From: a candidate division WOR-3 bacterium
GTDB lineage: Bacteria > Hydrothermota > Tepidihabitantia > Tepidihabitantales > CAIPLT01
Direction: 5' to 3'
Assembly (NCBI GenBank): GCA_039801485.1
Contig: JBDRUR010000003.1
Coordinates: 1 to 46,637 of the forward strand
Length of the DNA: 46,637 bases
The notes beneath the pieces were generated by a model, which did not search any database, was not told the DNA's origin, and saw only the letters and a list, made by a program, of their open reading frames with translations. Positions 1 through 9,593 of the stretch are shown here, piece after piece. The position numbers were made by a program, and so were the translations under genes. The first letter of the stretch is position 1, and every line of letters starts with the position of its first letter.

Positions 1-293
1 CTAAGGCAATCGTAAATTATCGTTTTGCTTACACATCGGCTGAACTTGATATTTCACTTTATTTGTTGAAAGAATTATTGCCGGCACTGCTCAATATGGC
101 AATAAATGAGAAGACTCTAGAGTTATTGGCTGAAGAATTAGAACGAACTCGTCGTCGGGTAAATGCTTTAGAATATGTTTTGATTCCACAAATTTCTGAA
201 GCAATCAAATATATTACGATGAAACTATCAGAAGCCGAACGGGCAAATTTGACCCGGCTATTAAGATTAAAGGAGATTATACGCGGTTCTTAA
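1..293 (+). CDS. atpD: V/A-type ATP synthase subunit D, 3' part (5' end outside window)
   Basis: Frame is open from position 3. It contains LAEELERTRRRVNALEYVLIP...YITMKLSEAER, the conserved C-terminal motif of NtpD/AtpD. Confidence 0.92.
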   Translation, partial: KAIVNYRFAYTSAELDISLYLLKELLPALLNMAINEKTLELLAEELERTRRRVNALEYVLIPQISEAIKYITMKLSEAERANLTRLLRLKEIIRGS

Positions 294-334
294 AGATACC
301 AGTCTTTATTTACATCACAATTATCGTATTAATT

Positions 335-607
335 GTGACATTAATACCAATATCCAATAAATGGCAAAAAGCAACCAATTGGGATAAGGTTATCCACTTT
401 TCGGTTTTTGGTATTTTAGGCTTTTTTGCCCAAGCGTCAATTTCGTTGTGGGCACTACCGTATACGACCACGTTAGCAATCTTAACTGAAGTTTTGCAAA
501 AATTTATTCCGAGTCGGATGCCGGATATTACTGATTTTAGTTTTAATCTAATTGGTATTATAATTGGCAGTAGTCTATGGGAATTAATGCGGAAAAGAAA
601 AGAGTGA
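335..607 (+). CDS. VanZ-family membrane protein (true start probably upstream, about 281)
   Basis: DKVIHFSVFGILG, TEVLQKFIPSR and D..FNLIG motifs are typical of VanZ-like proteins. An in-frame hydrophobic helix lies upstream of the GTG. Confidence 0.8.
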   Translation: MTLIPISNKWQKATNWDKVIHFSVFGILGFFAQASISLWALPYTTTLAILTEVLQKFIPSRMPDITDFSFNLIGIIIGSSLWELMRKRKE

Positions 608-610
608 CAA

Positions 611-1864
611 ATGATACTATCCAATCCTAAGGGTACTCAAGATTTTTTACCTCCAAATAGCGAATACAAGCATTATGTTGAAAGTGAATTCAGAAAAGTT
701 GTTGCCTGCTATGGTTTTCGTGAAATCGTCACTCCGACTTTTGAGCATACCGAACTTTTTTTACGCTCAACCGGTTTAACTACTGATATTGTTACCAAAC
801 AAATGTATACTTTTACCGACAAAGGCAATCGGAGTCTAACTTTGCGTCCCGAAGGAACACCGGGGGTAATTCGCGCAATCTTGCAGAATAATTTGAAACT
901 CCCAGCAAGATTTTTTTATATCGGGCCAATGTTTCGTTATGAAAAGCCTCAAAAGGGTCGTTTTCGAGAGTTTTATCAATTAGGAATTGAAGCGGTCGGC
1001 GAAGCCGGTCCGGCAATTGATATTGAAGTTATCGAACTGGGAGTAAAATTTTTTAAAGCAATTAAAATTGAAAATATAATCACGATTCTCAATAGTGTTG
1101 GCTGTCAAGTTTGTCGGCCAAAATTTCGGATTAATTTGGGTCAGTTTTTAGACGACGTAAAAGAAAAAATCTGTGATGAGTGCAAAATTCGCGCTGAACG
1201 CAATCCATTAAGAATATTTGACTGTAAAGAGTCGGTTTGTCAAAATATCTATCAAGAAGCACCGAAGATTACTGATTATCTTTGTTACGAATGCCAAACG
1301 CATTTTCAAGCAATACTCAATGAGTTAATCGAGCGAAAAATTCCGTTTGAATTAAATAAGATGCTGGTGCGAGGATTAGATTATTATACCCGCACCGCTT
1401 TTGAGTTTGTTAGTGGTGCCAAAGAGTTAGGCGCTCAAGACAGTCTCGGTGGCGGCGGTCGTTACGACAATTTGGTAGAAGACTTTGGCGGACCCAAAAC
1501 ACCAGCAATCGGTTTTGCCTTAGGATTGGAAAGAATATTATTAGCGATTGAACCTCCAACAATATCGACTAAATTAGTTTATGTCATTCCACTGGATGCC
1601 GAGACACAGAAAAAAGGAAAGGAGTTAATAAATCTTTTGCGAAGTGCTGAAGTACCAGCAATGCTTAATAACCCAGAAAAAAATTTAAGAGCCGGTTTAG
1701 GCATTGCCGACAATTTAGGCTGTGAATATGTAATTATTATTGGTGCAAATGAAATGAAAAAGAATGTTTATACTGTTAAAAATTTGTCGCAAAGGACCCA
1801 ACAAGAAGTGCCCCAAGATAAGATTGTTGAGTTTTTTAAGACAAAAAGTCTTGACATTTATTAG
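611..1864 (+). CDS. hisS: Histidine--tRNA ligase
   Basis: PKGTQD, LRPEGT, FRYEKPQKGRFREFYQ, VRGLDYY, GGGGRYD and GLERI motifs, plus a C-terminal anticodon-binding domain. Confidence 0.98.
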   Translation: MILSNPKGTQDFLPPNSEYKHYVESEFRKVVACYGFREIVTPTFEHTELFLRSTGLTTDIVTKQMYTFTDKGNRSLTLRPEGTPGVIRAILQNNLKLPARFFYIGPMFRYEKPQKGRFREFYQLGIEAVGEAGPAIDIEVIELGVKFFKAIKIENIITILNSVGCQVCRPKFRINLGQFLDDVKEKICDECKIRAERNPLRIFDCKESVCQNIYQEAPKITDYLCYECQTHFQAILNELIERKIPFELNKMLVRGLDYYTRTAFEFVSGAKELGAQDSLGGGGRYDNLVEDFGGPKTPAIGFALGLERILLAIEPPTISTKLVYVIPLDAETQKKGKELINLLRSAEVPAMLNNPEKNLRAGLGIADNLGCEYVIIIGANEMKKNVYTVKNLSQRTQQEVPQDKIVEFFKTKSLDIY

Positions 1865-1879
1865 GATTAGGATTAAATT
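1851..1879 (+). promoter_or_regulatory. sigma70-type promoter for the histidine kinase
   Basis: TTGACA (1851-1856), 17 nt, TAAATT (1874-1879). Confidence 0.55.
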
Positions 1880-1894
1880 TTTAAGAGTTATTTT

Positions 1895-4800
1895 ATGTGG
1901 CAAAGACCTGATGCGAATAATATTCTAAAGCATTATCAGTTTACAATTGATAAATTGCACCATTGTGTTTTTGTCTGCGACTCCAAAAATCAAATTGTTC
2001 ACTGGAATAAGGCATTTGAAAAGATTGCGCTTAAAAGTCCGAAAAAGTTTGCCTCATTAAAATGTTGGGAAATTGTTCATGGGTTAAAACATCAGCCCCC
2101 CAATTGCATAAATTTAAAAGCAAAAAATAGCAAGCATCAGGAAACCGCGGAAATGACGATTGCCGGACGCAGTTATCAAATATTATCTGACCCAGTATTT
2201 GATAGGAACGGTAATTATCTCGGCTCAGTTCATATCTTATCAGACATTACCAGTCAAAAACAACGGGAACGAGCGATTGTCCGCCGTGAAAAAATTTTAG
2301 AGGCATTAGCAAATGCAGGTGAACTCTTTATTAAATCGGAAAATTACGAATCGGTAATTCCGAATGTTTTAGCCCAAATTGGCCAGGCAGCGGAAGTCAG
2401 CCGGGTCTACATTTTTGAAAAACACATCTCGCCTAATGGTCGATTATTAGTTAGTCAACGGTTTGAATGGGTAAATAAAGGGATTACACCTCAAATTGAT
2501 AATCCATTAATGCAAAATTTCGATGTAAAAAAATTCGGCTTTGGACGCTGGGAAAAGATTCTGACTAAAGGTCAAGTAATTTTCGGTAAAGTAAAAGACT
2601 TGCCAATTAATGAACAGAAAATTCTTTCTGCCCAACAAATCCGTTCAATCGTGGTCATGCCAATATTCGTTAAAAAAGACCTTTGGGGATTTATTGGTTT
2701 TGATGAATGCCGGTTTGAACGGGAATGGACCCAAATTGAAATTGATACTCTTAAAGCCGCTGCCAGTCTTTTGGGTACCGTGATTGAAAACGCCCAAAAA
2801 GAGCAAATAATTCGGGAAAGCGAAATTAGATATCGGACCTTAGTGGAAAATGCTAATGATGCTATTCTGTTACTCGATCTTGCTGGTAATATCATTACCG
2901 CTAATAAAAAAGCCCAAGAACTCAGCGGGTTATCAAAAAAGATATTGCCATGCAATATTGCCGAACTGGGTATTTTACCCCCAAAAAGTGTATCAATTAT
3001 CCAAAAGAATTTAAAATTAAGATTAGCCAATAAGCCAGTTAAACCTTATCAAATTGAATTTTATCCCCTAAAAGGTTCGCCGAAAATTGTTGAAGTCAAC
3101 GCTTCGTTAGTGCGGGATGAACAAGGTAAGGCGATTTACGACTTAGCAATAATCCGTGATATTACTGATTGGTATCACACTCATAATGCATTAAAACAGA
3201 GCGAAGAGAAGTTTCGTAGTTTGGTTGAAAATGTTAATGTCGGGGTTTATCGTAATACCCCGGATCCGAAAGGCAGATTTATTGAAGCTAATACCGCAAT
3301 GTGCCGAATGTTGGGATACAATATAAGAGAAATAAAAAAGTTATCGGTCTCTGACCTTTATCAAAATCCGGCTGATCGCAAAAAGTTTATTAAGAAAATA
3401 AAAAAATACGGTGTAGTTAGAAACGAAGAAGTTCATCTAAAAAAGAAGGATGGTACGCCAATAATTGCATCAGTAACCGCTCGTGCTCATCGCGATAAGT
3501 CCGGCAAAATTGATTGGATTGACGGCGTAATTGAAGATATTACCGAAAGGAAAACATTAGAACAGGAGCAACAACAAAAAATTCAACAAACAATCCGTTT
3601 TCAAACAGCATTGCTAAAATTATCAAAATTGAAACTCACTGATTTTGACACCGCAATTCGAAAAATACTTGAGACTGATGCAAACACAATCGATGTTGAA
3701 CGGGTGAGTTTTTGGTCATTTAATAAAGATCAGACCAAACTTGTCTGTGATGACCTTTACTTAAAAAGTAAAAATATTCATACCAAAGCCGGAACTTTAC
3801 AAGTGTCAAAATATCCCAATTATTTTAAGGAGTTAAGATGCGGTCGGGTTATTGCTGCTGATAATGCCCAAAAAGACCGACGGACAGCCGAATTCACAAA
3901 AGATTACCTGGTTCCATATAACATTAGTTCGATGATGGATACCCCGGTGCGCTTACATGGGCAAGTTGTTGGGGTTGTCTGCCATGAGCACACTGGGCAA
4001 TTAAGGAAATGGACTTTAGAAGAACAGAGTTTTGCTTCATCAATTGCCGACTTAATTTCACTAAAATTAGAAGAAAAAGCATTACAGACATCGCAGCAGA
4101 TTATCAAAGAAAGTGAAGAAAAGTATCGAAGTTTAGTGGAAAATATAAATGTTGGCATTTACCGTAGCACTTTGACCGGCCGATTTGTTGCCGTTAATAA
4201 AGCAATGGCGCGAATTTTTGGATATGCTTCGGCTCAAGAACTTAAACAAGTTTCGGTCTTCAAACTATATCAAAACGTAAAAGACCGTGAGGCATTTATT
4301 AATAAAATAAATAAGCAAGGCGTTGTCAAAAACGAAGAACTTTATCTAAAAAAGAAAGATGGCACGCCAATAATTGCGTCAGTAACGGCTCGTGTTCATC
4401 GCGATAAGTCCGGCAAAATTGATTGGATCGATGGCGTAATTGAAAATATTACCGAACGAAAAAATGCCGAACTCGCATTGCGTAACAGTGAAGAACGGTA
4501 TCGGACAATTTTTGAAATGGCCAATGATGCAATCTGTATTTTTGATAAAAATGGCGTTGCTATTTCTGGCAACAAAAAATTATTTGATTTAACTGGTCTA
4601 ACGGCAAAACAATTAGGATTACACATTAGCCAATATCCGATTTTCCCAAAGAAAAGTTTAGAACTTGTCCAACAGAAAATGAGGCAACGTTTCAGCGGTA
4701 AAGAAGTCGGACCGTATGAAGTTGAAATTCATCCAATTAATGGCACACCCAAAATCGTTGAAGTAAATGCTTCATTAATTCGCGATACCAATGGTGCAAT

Positions 4801-5989
4801 TGTCGGGGATTTGGCAATCATCCGTGATGTCACTGAACGTAAAAGATATGAAATAGCACTATATGAATCAGAACAGAAGTTTCGGACCTTAGTGGAAAAC
4901 ATTCAAGATATTATTATCCTACGCGATGCAAACGATAATGTGAAATATATCAACCCGGCCTGTAAAACTATCCTTGGTTATTCACAAGAAGAGCTGATGG
5001 AAAAATCACCCGATGTATTTCATTCATTAATTTATCATCAAGACCGTGATTTTGTCCAGAACATGTTAAAGCGTGTTAATAAAGGGATTCCGTGCTTTAA
5101 TCTTGAGTACCGGATAATGACCAAAGATGGTAAGATAAAATGGGTATCACATTCGCGGACCCCGATTTTAGAAAACAACCAAGTAAAAATGACTATCGGC
5201 GTTATTCGTGATATTACCGCTCAAAAAGAAACCGCATTACAATTACAAGCCGCCAAAGAAGCCGCCGAAGCCGCCAACCGCGCCAAAACTGCTTTTCTTG
5301 CTAATATGAGCCATGAATTAAGAACGCCAATGCATTCAATATTAGGTTTTACTGATATCTTGATGGAAAAAGAAGAAAATAATAATAAAGAGCGAAAAGA
5401 GTTTTTATCGATAATAAAAAATTCCAGTGATAAATTGCTTCATATCATTAATGAACTTTTAGATTTATCACGAATAGAGAGCGGCAAGATGACCGTCGAG
5501 CAAAAAGAGTTTAGTATCTTTGATATCGCCAATCGTTTAAAATTTACTTATCAACCAAAAATTGCCGAAAAACATTTACAATTTAAACTGATTTTGTCTC
5601 GAAAATTACCTAAAAAATTAGTCGGCGATCCGATAAAAATCGAACAGATACTTACCAATTTATTAGATAACGCTATTAAGTTTACTCACCAAGGTAAAAT
5701 TGAATTATATTTTGGTTTTCTCAAACCTGAAAAACTAAAGAAAAAACAAGGGATACTGGAATACTATGTCAAAGATACTGGTGTCGGTATTGAGCCAGAA
5801 CGAATGAAACATCTATTTGAACAGTATCTTCAGGCCGATGCCTACTTAACAAGAATTACTCCTGGTGCGCGATTGGGATTAGCGATTGTCAAACAACTGG
5901 TCGACTTAATGCATGGCACGATTGCGGTTAAAAGTAAACTTGGGAAAGGCACCAAATTTCATATTAAACACCCAATTAAACTTGTTTAA
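1895..5989 (+). CDS. Soluble multi-sensor histidine kinase (PAS-GAF-PAS-PAS-GAF-PAS-PAS-PAS-HisKA-HATPase)
   Basis: Repeated SEEK(F/Y)RSLVEN...DITERK PAS/PAC units and two GAF-like segments. H-box FLANMSHELRTP, N-box NLLDNAIKF, G1 DTGVGI. No transmembrane segments. Confidence 0.95.
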   Translation: MWQRPDANNILKHYQFTIDKLHHCVFVCDSKNQIVHWNKAFEKIALKSPKKFASLKCWEIVHGLKHQPPNCINLKAKNSKHQETAEMTIAGRSYQILSDPVFDRNGNYLGSVHILSDITSQKQRERAIVRREKILEALANAGELFIKSENYESVIPNVLAQIGQAAEVSRVYIFEKHISPNGRLLVSQRFEWVNKGITPQIDNPLMQNFDVKKFGFGRWEKILTKGQVIFGKVKDLPINEQKILSAQQIRSIVVMPIFVKKDLWGFIGFDECRFEREWTQIEIDTLKAAASLLGTVIENAQKEQIIRESEIRYRTLVENANDAILLLDLAGNIITANKKAQELSGLSKKILPCNIAELGILPPKSVSIIQKNLKLRLANKPVKPYQIEFYPLKGSPKIVEVNASLVRDEQGKAIYDLAIIRDITDWYHTHNALKQSEEKFRSLVENVNVGVYRNTPDPKGRFIEANTAMCRMLGYNIREIKKLSVSDLYQNPADRKKFIKKIKKYGVVRNEEVHLKKKDGTPIIASVTARAHRDKSGKIDWIDGVIEDITERKTLEQEQQQKIQQTIRFQTALLKLSKLKLTDFDTAIRKILETDANTIDVERVSFWSFNKDQTKLVCDDLYLKSKNIHTKAGTLQVSKYPNYFKELRCGRVIAADNAQKDRRTAEFTKDYLVPYNISSMMDTPVRLHGQVVGVVCHEHTGQLRKWTLEEQSFASSIADLISLKLEEKALQTSQQIIKESEEKYRSLVENINVGIYRSTLTGRFVAVNKAMARIFGYASAQELKQVSVFKLYQNVKDREAFINKINKQGVVKNEELYLKKKDGTPIIASVTARVHRDKSGKIDWIDGVIENITERKNAELALRNSEERYRTIFEMANDAICIFDKNGVAISGNKKLFDLTGLTAKQLGLHISQYPIFPKKSLELVQQKMRQRFSGKEVGPYEVEIHPINGTPKIVEVNASLIRDTNGAIVGDLAIIRDVTERKRYEIALYESEQKFRTLVENIQDIIILRDANDNVKYINPACKTILGYSQEELMEKSPDVFHSLIYHQDRDFVQNMLKRVNKGIPCFNLEYRIMTKDGKIKWVSHSRTPILENNQVKMTIGVIRDITAQKETALQLQAAKEAAEAANRAKTAFLANMSHELRTPMHSILGFTDILMEKEENNNKERKEFLSIIKNSSDKLLHIINELLDLSRIESGKMTVEQKEFSIFDIANRLKFTYQPKIAEKHLQFKLILSRKLPKKLVGDPIKIEQILTNLLDNAIKFTHQGKIELYFGFLKPEKLKKKQGILEYYVKDTGVGIEPERMKHLFEQYLQADAYLTRITPGARLGLAIVKQLVDLMHGTIAVKSKLGKGTKFHIKHPIKLV
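3421..4456 (+). repeat. Internal direct repeat, about 127 bp (3421-3547 and 4330-4456), encoding the PAC half of two PAS domains
   Basis: About 10 mismatches in 127 nt by manual alignment; offset 909 nt (in frame). Confidence 0.9.
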
Positions 5990-5992
5990 TTA

Positions 5993-6364
5993 ATGGTAAA
6001 TAAACAGGTAAATGTATTGTTAGTTGAAGATAATAAAGACCACCAACGATTATTACAAGTTTATTTGGAAAATACCAATATCAATTTAGATGTCGCTAAT
6101 AATGCTCGCGAATTGATGGCGAAACTTAAAGGCCCGGTGAAATATAAAATAATTTTACTTGATATTCAATTACCCAGAATTGATGGTTATACGCTTGCCT
6201 CAAAAATCAGGAAAAAGAATAAGGATATCATCATTATTGGCTTAAGCGCCTTTGCAATGAAAAGCGATAGAACAAAAGCCCAAGCAGTCGGAATGAATGA
6301 TTATCTAACCAAGCCACTTGATAAAAAGTTGTTCTTAGCCGTGCTAAATAAATACCTAAAGTAA
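5993..6364 (+). CDS. Single-domain response regulator (receiver only)
   Basis: LLVEDN, phospho-acceptor LLDIQLP, GLSA and YLTKP motifs. Confidence 0.95.
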   Translation: MVNKQVNVLLVEDNKDHQRLLQVYLENTNINLDVANNARELMAKLKGPVKYKIILLDIQLPRIDGYTLASKIRKKNKDIIIIGLSAFAMKSDRTKAQAVGMNDYLTKPLDKKLFLAVLNKYLK

Positions 6365-6387
6365 GTTTAAAAGTAATACAAACAGCG

Positions 6388-6780
6388 ATGTTCAATATTG
6401 GTAAAAGGGCATATTATAATATCATTTTAGCCGAAGATAATCCAGAACATCAAAGATTGATTAAAGAGATATTTAAAAAATTAAATGTGCATTTGGATAT
6501 CGTCAATAATGGCAAAGAATTATTAGAAATATTACGATTAAAAAATTATGATTTAGTACTAATGGATATTCAAATGCCGTTGATTGATGGTTATACCGCT
6601 ACAGAAAAAATCCGACAAGACCCCAAATATCGGGACTTAATTATTATTGGGTTAACTGCGTTTGGTTTGCCGGGCGATGCCCAAGTTGCTCTCAAGAAAG
6701 GCATGAATGATTATATTACTAAACCAATTGATAAAGAAGAAATATTAACAACGATTAGGCGCTATCTTTATATCAAGTAA
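6388..6780 (+). CDS. Single-domain response regulator (receiver only)
   Basis: LAEDN, LMDIQMP, GLTA and YITKP motifs. Confidence 0.95.
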   Translation: MFNIGKRAYYNIILAEDNPEHQRLIKEIFKKLNVHLDIVNNGKELLEILRLKNYDLVLMDIQMPLIDGYTATEKIRQDPKYRDLIIIGLTAFGLPGDAQVALKKGMNDYITKPIDKEEILTTIRRYLYIK

Positions 6781-7096
6781 AAGCTTTCAGCAAAAGACTA
6801 AAATGACGATGCCGAAAAAAAGTCAACTGCAAACGCCGACACTCATCAGTTTGTGTTTAATTGCAGGTATTTGGGGAATTTGTTTTTAAACGCCTTAATA
6901 TACTATTACCCCAAATAGATACAAAGACAAAGGTTATATTGCAAAGATAAAGGTCATTTGAAAGGCTACTTAATATTTAAGATGAACTTTTGAAATTGAG
7001 TAATCATTAGTCATATAATAAATCCATATGTTATTATATATGGTATTGTTGACTGATGTGTTTGGTTAGCAATTTTTATCGTGAGTAATTGCACTA

Positions 7097-7124
7097 TTGA
7101 CAAAATTAAAAAAATTTGTAAAGT
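7097..7124 (+). promoter_or_regulatory. Promoter of rpsO-pnp
   Basis: TTGACA, 16 nt, TAAAGT; GGAGG SD 4 nt before the ATG at 7159. Confidence 0.65.
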
Positions 7125-7158
7125 TAAGAATATAGATGAATAGCAATGTGGAGGCACT

Positions 7159-7431
7159 ATGGCATTAACGAAAGAGTTGAAGAAGAAGTTAATCAGTGAT
7201 TTTCGATTACATGAAAGGGATACCGGCTCGCCGGAAGTGCAGATTGTGATATTAACCGAAAGGATTAAATTATTAACCGAGCACTTAAAGATACACAAAA
7301 AAGACCGACATTCGCGTCGGGGCTTAATTAAGATGGTTAATGAACGTCGCCGACACCTTAATTATCTTTATGAACACCACCGAGACCGATACAACAAGAT
7401 TGTCGAGAAGTTAGGTCTGCGTGGAATATGA
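7159..7431 (+). CDS. rpsO: 30S ribosomal protein S15
   Basis: DTGSPEVQI and [11 protein letters not shown] motifs; adjacent to pnp. Confidence 0.99.
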   Translation: MALTKELKKKLISDFRLHERDTGSPEVQIVILTERIKLLTEHLKIHKKDRHSRRGLIKMVNERRRHLNYLYEHHRDRYNKIVEKLGLRGI

Positions 7432-9533
7432 AGAAAGTCGAACTGGAGATTAACCAACGACGGCTGTCGCTTGAGACCGGACTTTATGCTCGACAGGCAT
7501 CGGGCAGTGTTTTGGTTCGGTATGGCGATACCGTTGTGTTAGTTAGTGTTGTTTATAATAAACAGTTACAACCGAGCCAGGATTTTTTACCGCTAACAGT
7601 TGATTATCGCGAACCGACTTATGCCGCTGGTAAGATTCCTGGTGGTTTTTTTAAACGCGAGGGCAAGCCTCGCGACAAAGAGATTTTGGTTTCAAGATTG
7701 ATGGACCGGCCATTACGGCCATTATTTCCCAAACAATACCGATATGAAACGCAGATTGTAGGTTCGTTACTTTCGAGTGATTTAGAAAACGAAGGTGACT
7801 TTTTGGGCATTATTGGTGCATCATCGGCGTTGTTAATTTCAGAAATCCCATTTAGCATGCCGATTGGTGCGGTTCGGGTTGCAAAGATTGATAATAATTT
7901 TGTTATTAATCCGTTATTATCGGAACAAGATAAAGCGACATTAAACATGATTGTCTGTGGTACCAAGGATTCAATTGTGATGCTGGAAGGCGGTGCCAAA
8001 GAAGTGAGCAACGAGGATTTTATTGCGGCAATCGAATTCGCCCAAAGTGAAATCGTCAAGATAATTGAATTACAAGAACAACTCGCAGCAGTTGCTGGGA
8101 AACCAAAATTACAATTAGATGAATTAATTTCTCCAGAACAAGAAAATAAAGAAAAGGAAATCGCAAAAGTTGTTACCGAAAAAGCACATGATTTGATTGT
8201 CGATGCCAACAATATCAAGGATAAGCAAGAACGCAATGAAACCATTAATGAGATCATTAATCAAGTAGTTAACGAATTAAAACCAAACTATCCTGATTGT
8301 GAGAGTATCGTGATGGGTATAATTGACGAGTTGATTCGTGCCGATATGCGAAGACGGATAATTGAGACTAATACTCGATTGGATGGTCGAACACCAAATG
8401 AAATTCGCCCAATTAGTTGTGCAATTGGGATATTGCCCAGAACCCATGGGTCAGCGATCTTTACTCGAGGTCAAACTCAATGTTTAGCGGTTACAACTTT
8501 GGGTACTAAATCTGATGAACAAATCGTTGAAGATATCGAACGCCAAGAGACTAAGTCGTTTATGCTCCATTATAACTTTCCGGGTTTTGCAACTGGTGAA
8601 GTGAAACCGATGCGTGGACCAAGCCGAAGAGAAATTGGACACGGCGCATTGGCTGAAAGAGCATTAGAAGCAGTAATACCAAAAGAGGAAAGTTTTCCTT
8701 ATACTATCAGAGTAGTTGCCGATGTTTTGGAATCAAATGGTTCGTCATCGATGGCGACAGTATGTAGTGCGTCATTATCATTAATGGATGCGGGCGTACC
8801 AATTAAAAATGCGGTTGCTGGCATTGCCATGGGACTTATTAAAGAAAATGACCGCTATGTTTTACTCTCGGATATTATCGGTGCCGAAGACCATTATGGT
8901 GATATGGATTTTAAGATTGCCGGTACCAAAAATGGTATTACCGCGGTTCAATTAGACCTAAAAATAACCGGGGTGCCAATCGCAATATTAAAACAAGCAG
9001 TACAACAGGCAAATGAAATTAGGCAAGAAATTCTTGGCATCATGGCCAAGACAATTGAATCGCCGCGTTCTAGCATTTCCCAATATGCGCCGAAAATCGT
9101 TGCCTTTAAGATAAAAAAAGATAAGATTGGCGATTTAATCGGACCCGGGGGCAAAGTTATCAGAAGAATTTTAGAAGAGACCGGGGCTGAAATTGATATT
9201 GATGACGATGGCGAAGTGACAATTTCGGCACCAACTGATGAGCAATTAGCCAAAGCCAGAGCACGAGTGCTTGAGATTACTGAAGAAGTTGAGGTCGGCA
9301 AAATTTATACGGGTGTAGTTAAAAGAATTAGTAATTTTGGTGCATTTGTCGAGATTTTGCCCGGGAAAGAAGGTCTTGTTCACATTTCTCAATTGGCAAA
9401 ACACCGAGTCAGAAATGTTTCAGATGTTGTCAAAGTCGGCGATAAAATAAGAGTAAAAGTGACCGAAATTGATGATATGGGTCGAATTAATCTCTCAAAG
9501 CGCAAAGCGGAGACAAATAGCAGTTCTACTTAA
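7428..9533 (+). CDS. pnp: Polyribonucleotide nucleotidyltransferase
   Basis: Two RNase PH domains ([29 protein letters not shown]), KH (IGPGGK) and S1 domains. Confidence 0.99.
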   Translation: MKKVELEINQRRLSLETGLYARQASGSVLVRYGDTVVLVSVVYNKQLQPSQDFLPLTVDYREPTYAAGKIPGGFFKREGKPRDKEILVSRLMDRPLRPLFPKQYRYETQIVGSLLSSDLENEGDFLGIIGASSALLISEIPFSMPIGAVRVAKIDNNFVINPLLSEQDKATLNMIVCGTKDSIVMLEGGAKEVSNEDFIAAIEFAQSEIVKIIELQEQLAAVAGKPKLQLDELISPEQENKEKEIAKVVTEKAHDLIVDANNIKDKQERNETINEIINQVVNELKPNYPDCESIVMGIIDELIRADMRRRIIETNTRLDGRTPNEIRPISCAIGILPRTHGSAIFTRGQTQCLAVTTLGTKSDEQIVEDIERQETKSFMLHYNFPGFATGEVKPMRGPSRREIGHGALAERALEAVIPKEESFPYTIRVVADVLESNGSSSMATVCSASLSLMDAGVPIKNAVAGIAMGLIKENDRYVLLSDIIGAEDHYGDMDFKIAGTKNGITAVQLDLKITGVPIAILKQAVQQANEIRQEILGIMAKTIESPRSSISQYAPKIVAFKIKKDKIGDLIGPGGKVIRRILEETGAEIDIDDDGEVTISAPTDEQLAKARARVLEITEEVEVGKIYTGVVKRISNFGAFVEILPGKEGLVHISQLAKHRVRNVSDVVKVGDKIRVKVTEIDDMGRINLSKRKAETNSSST

Positions 9534-9593
9534 TGAACCGTCAAATCAGCAATTACTGCAATTTTTTAAATTAGGGCTTTTCGTGAAGTAATC

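Noticed and set aside
6803-6889. 28-aa ORF MTMPKKSQLQTPTLISLCLIAGIWGICF
   Set aside because: Hydrophobic tail but no SD or promoter support; cannot be distinguished from chance.
7125-7158. S15 autoregulatory leader RNA
   Set aside because: The predicted leader is under 30 nt and I could not see a supporting structure.
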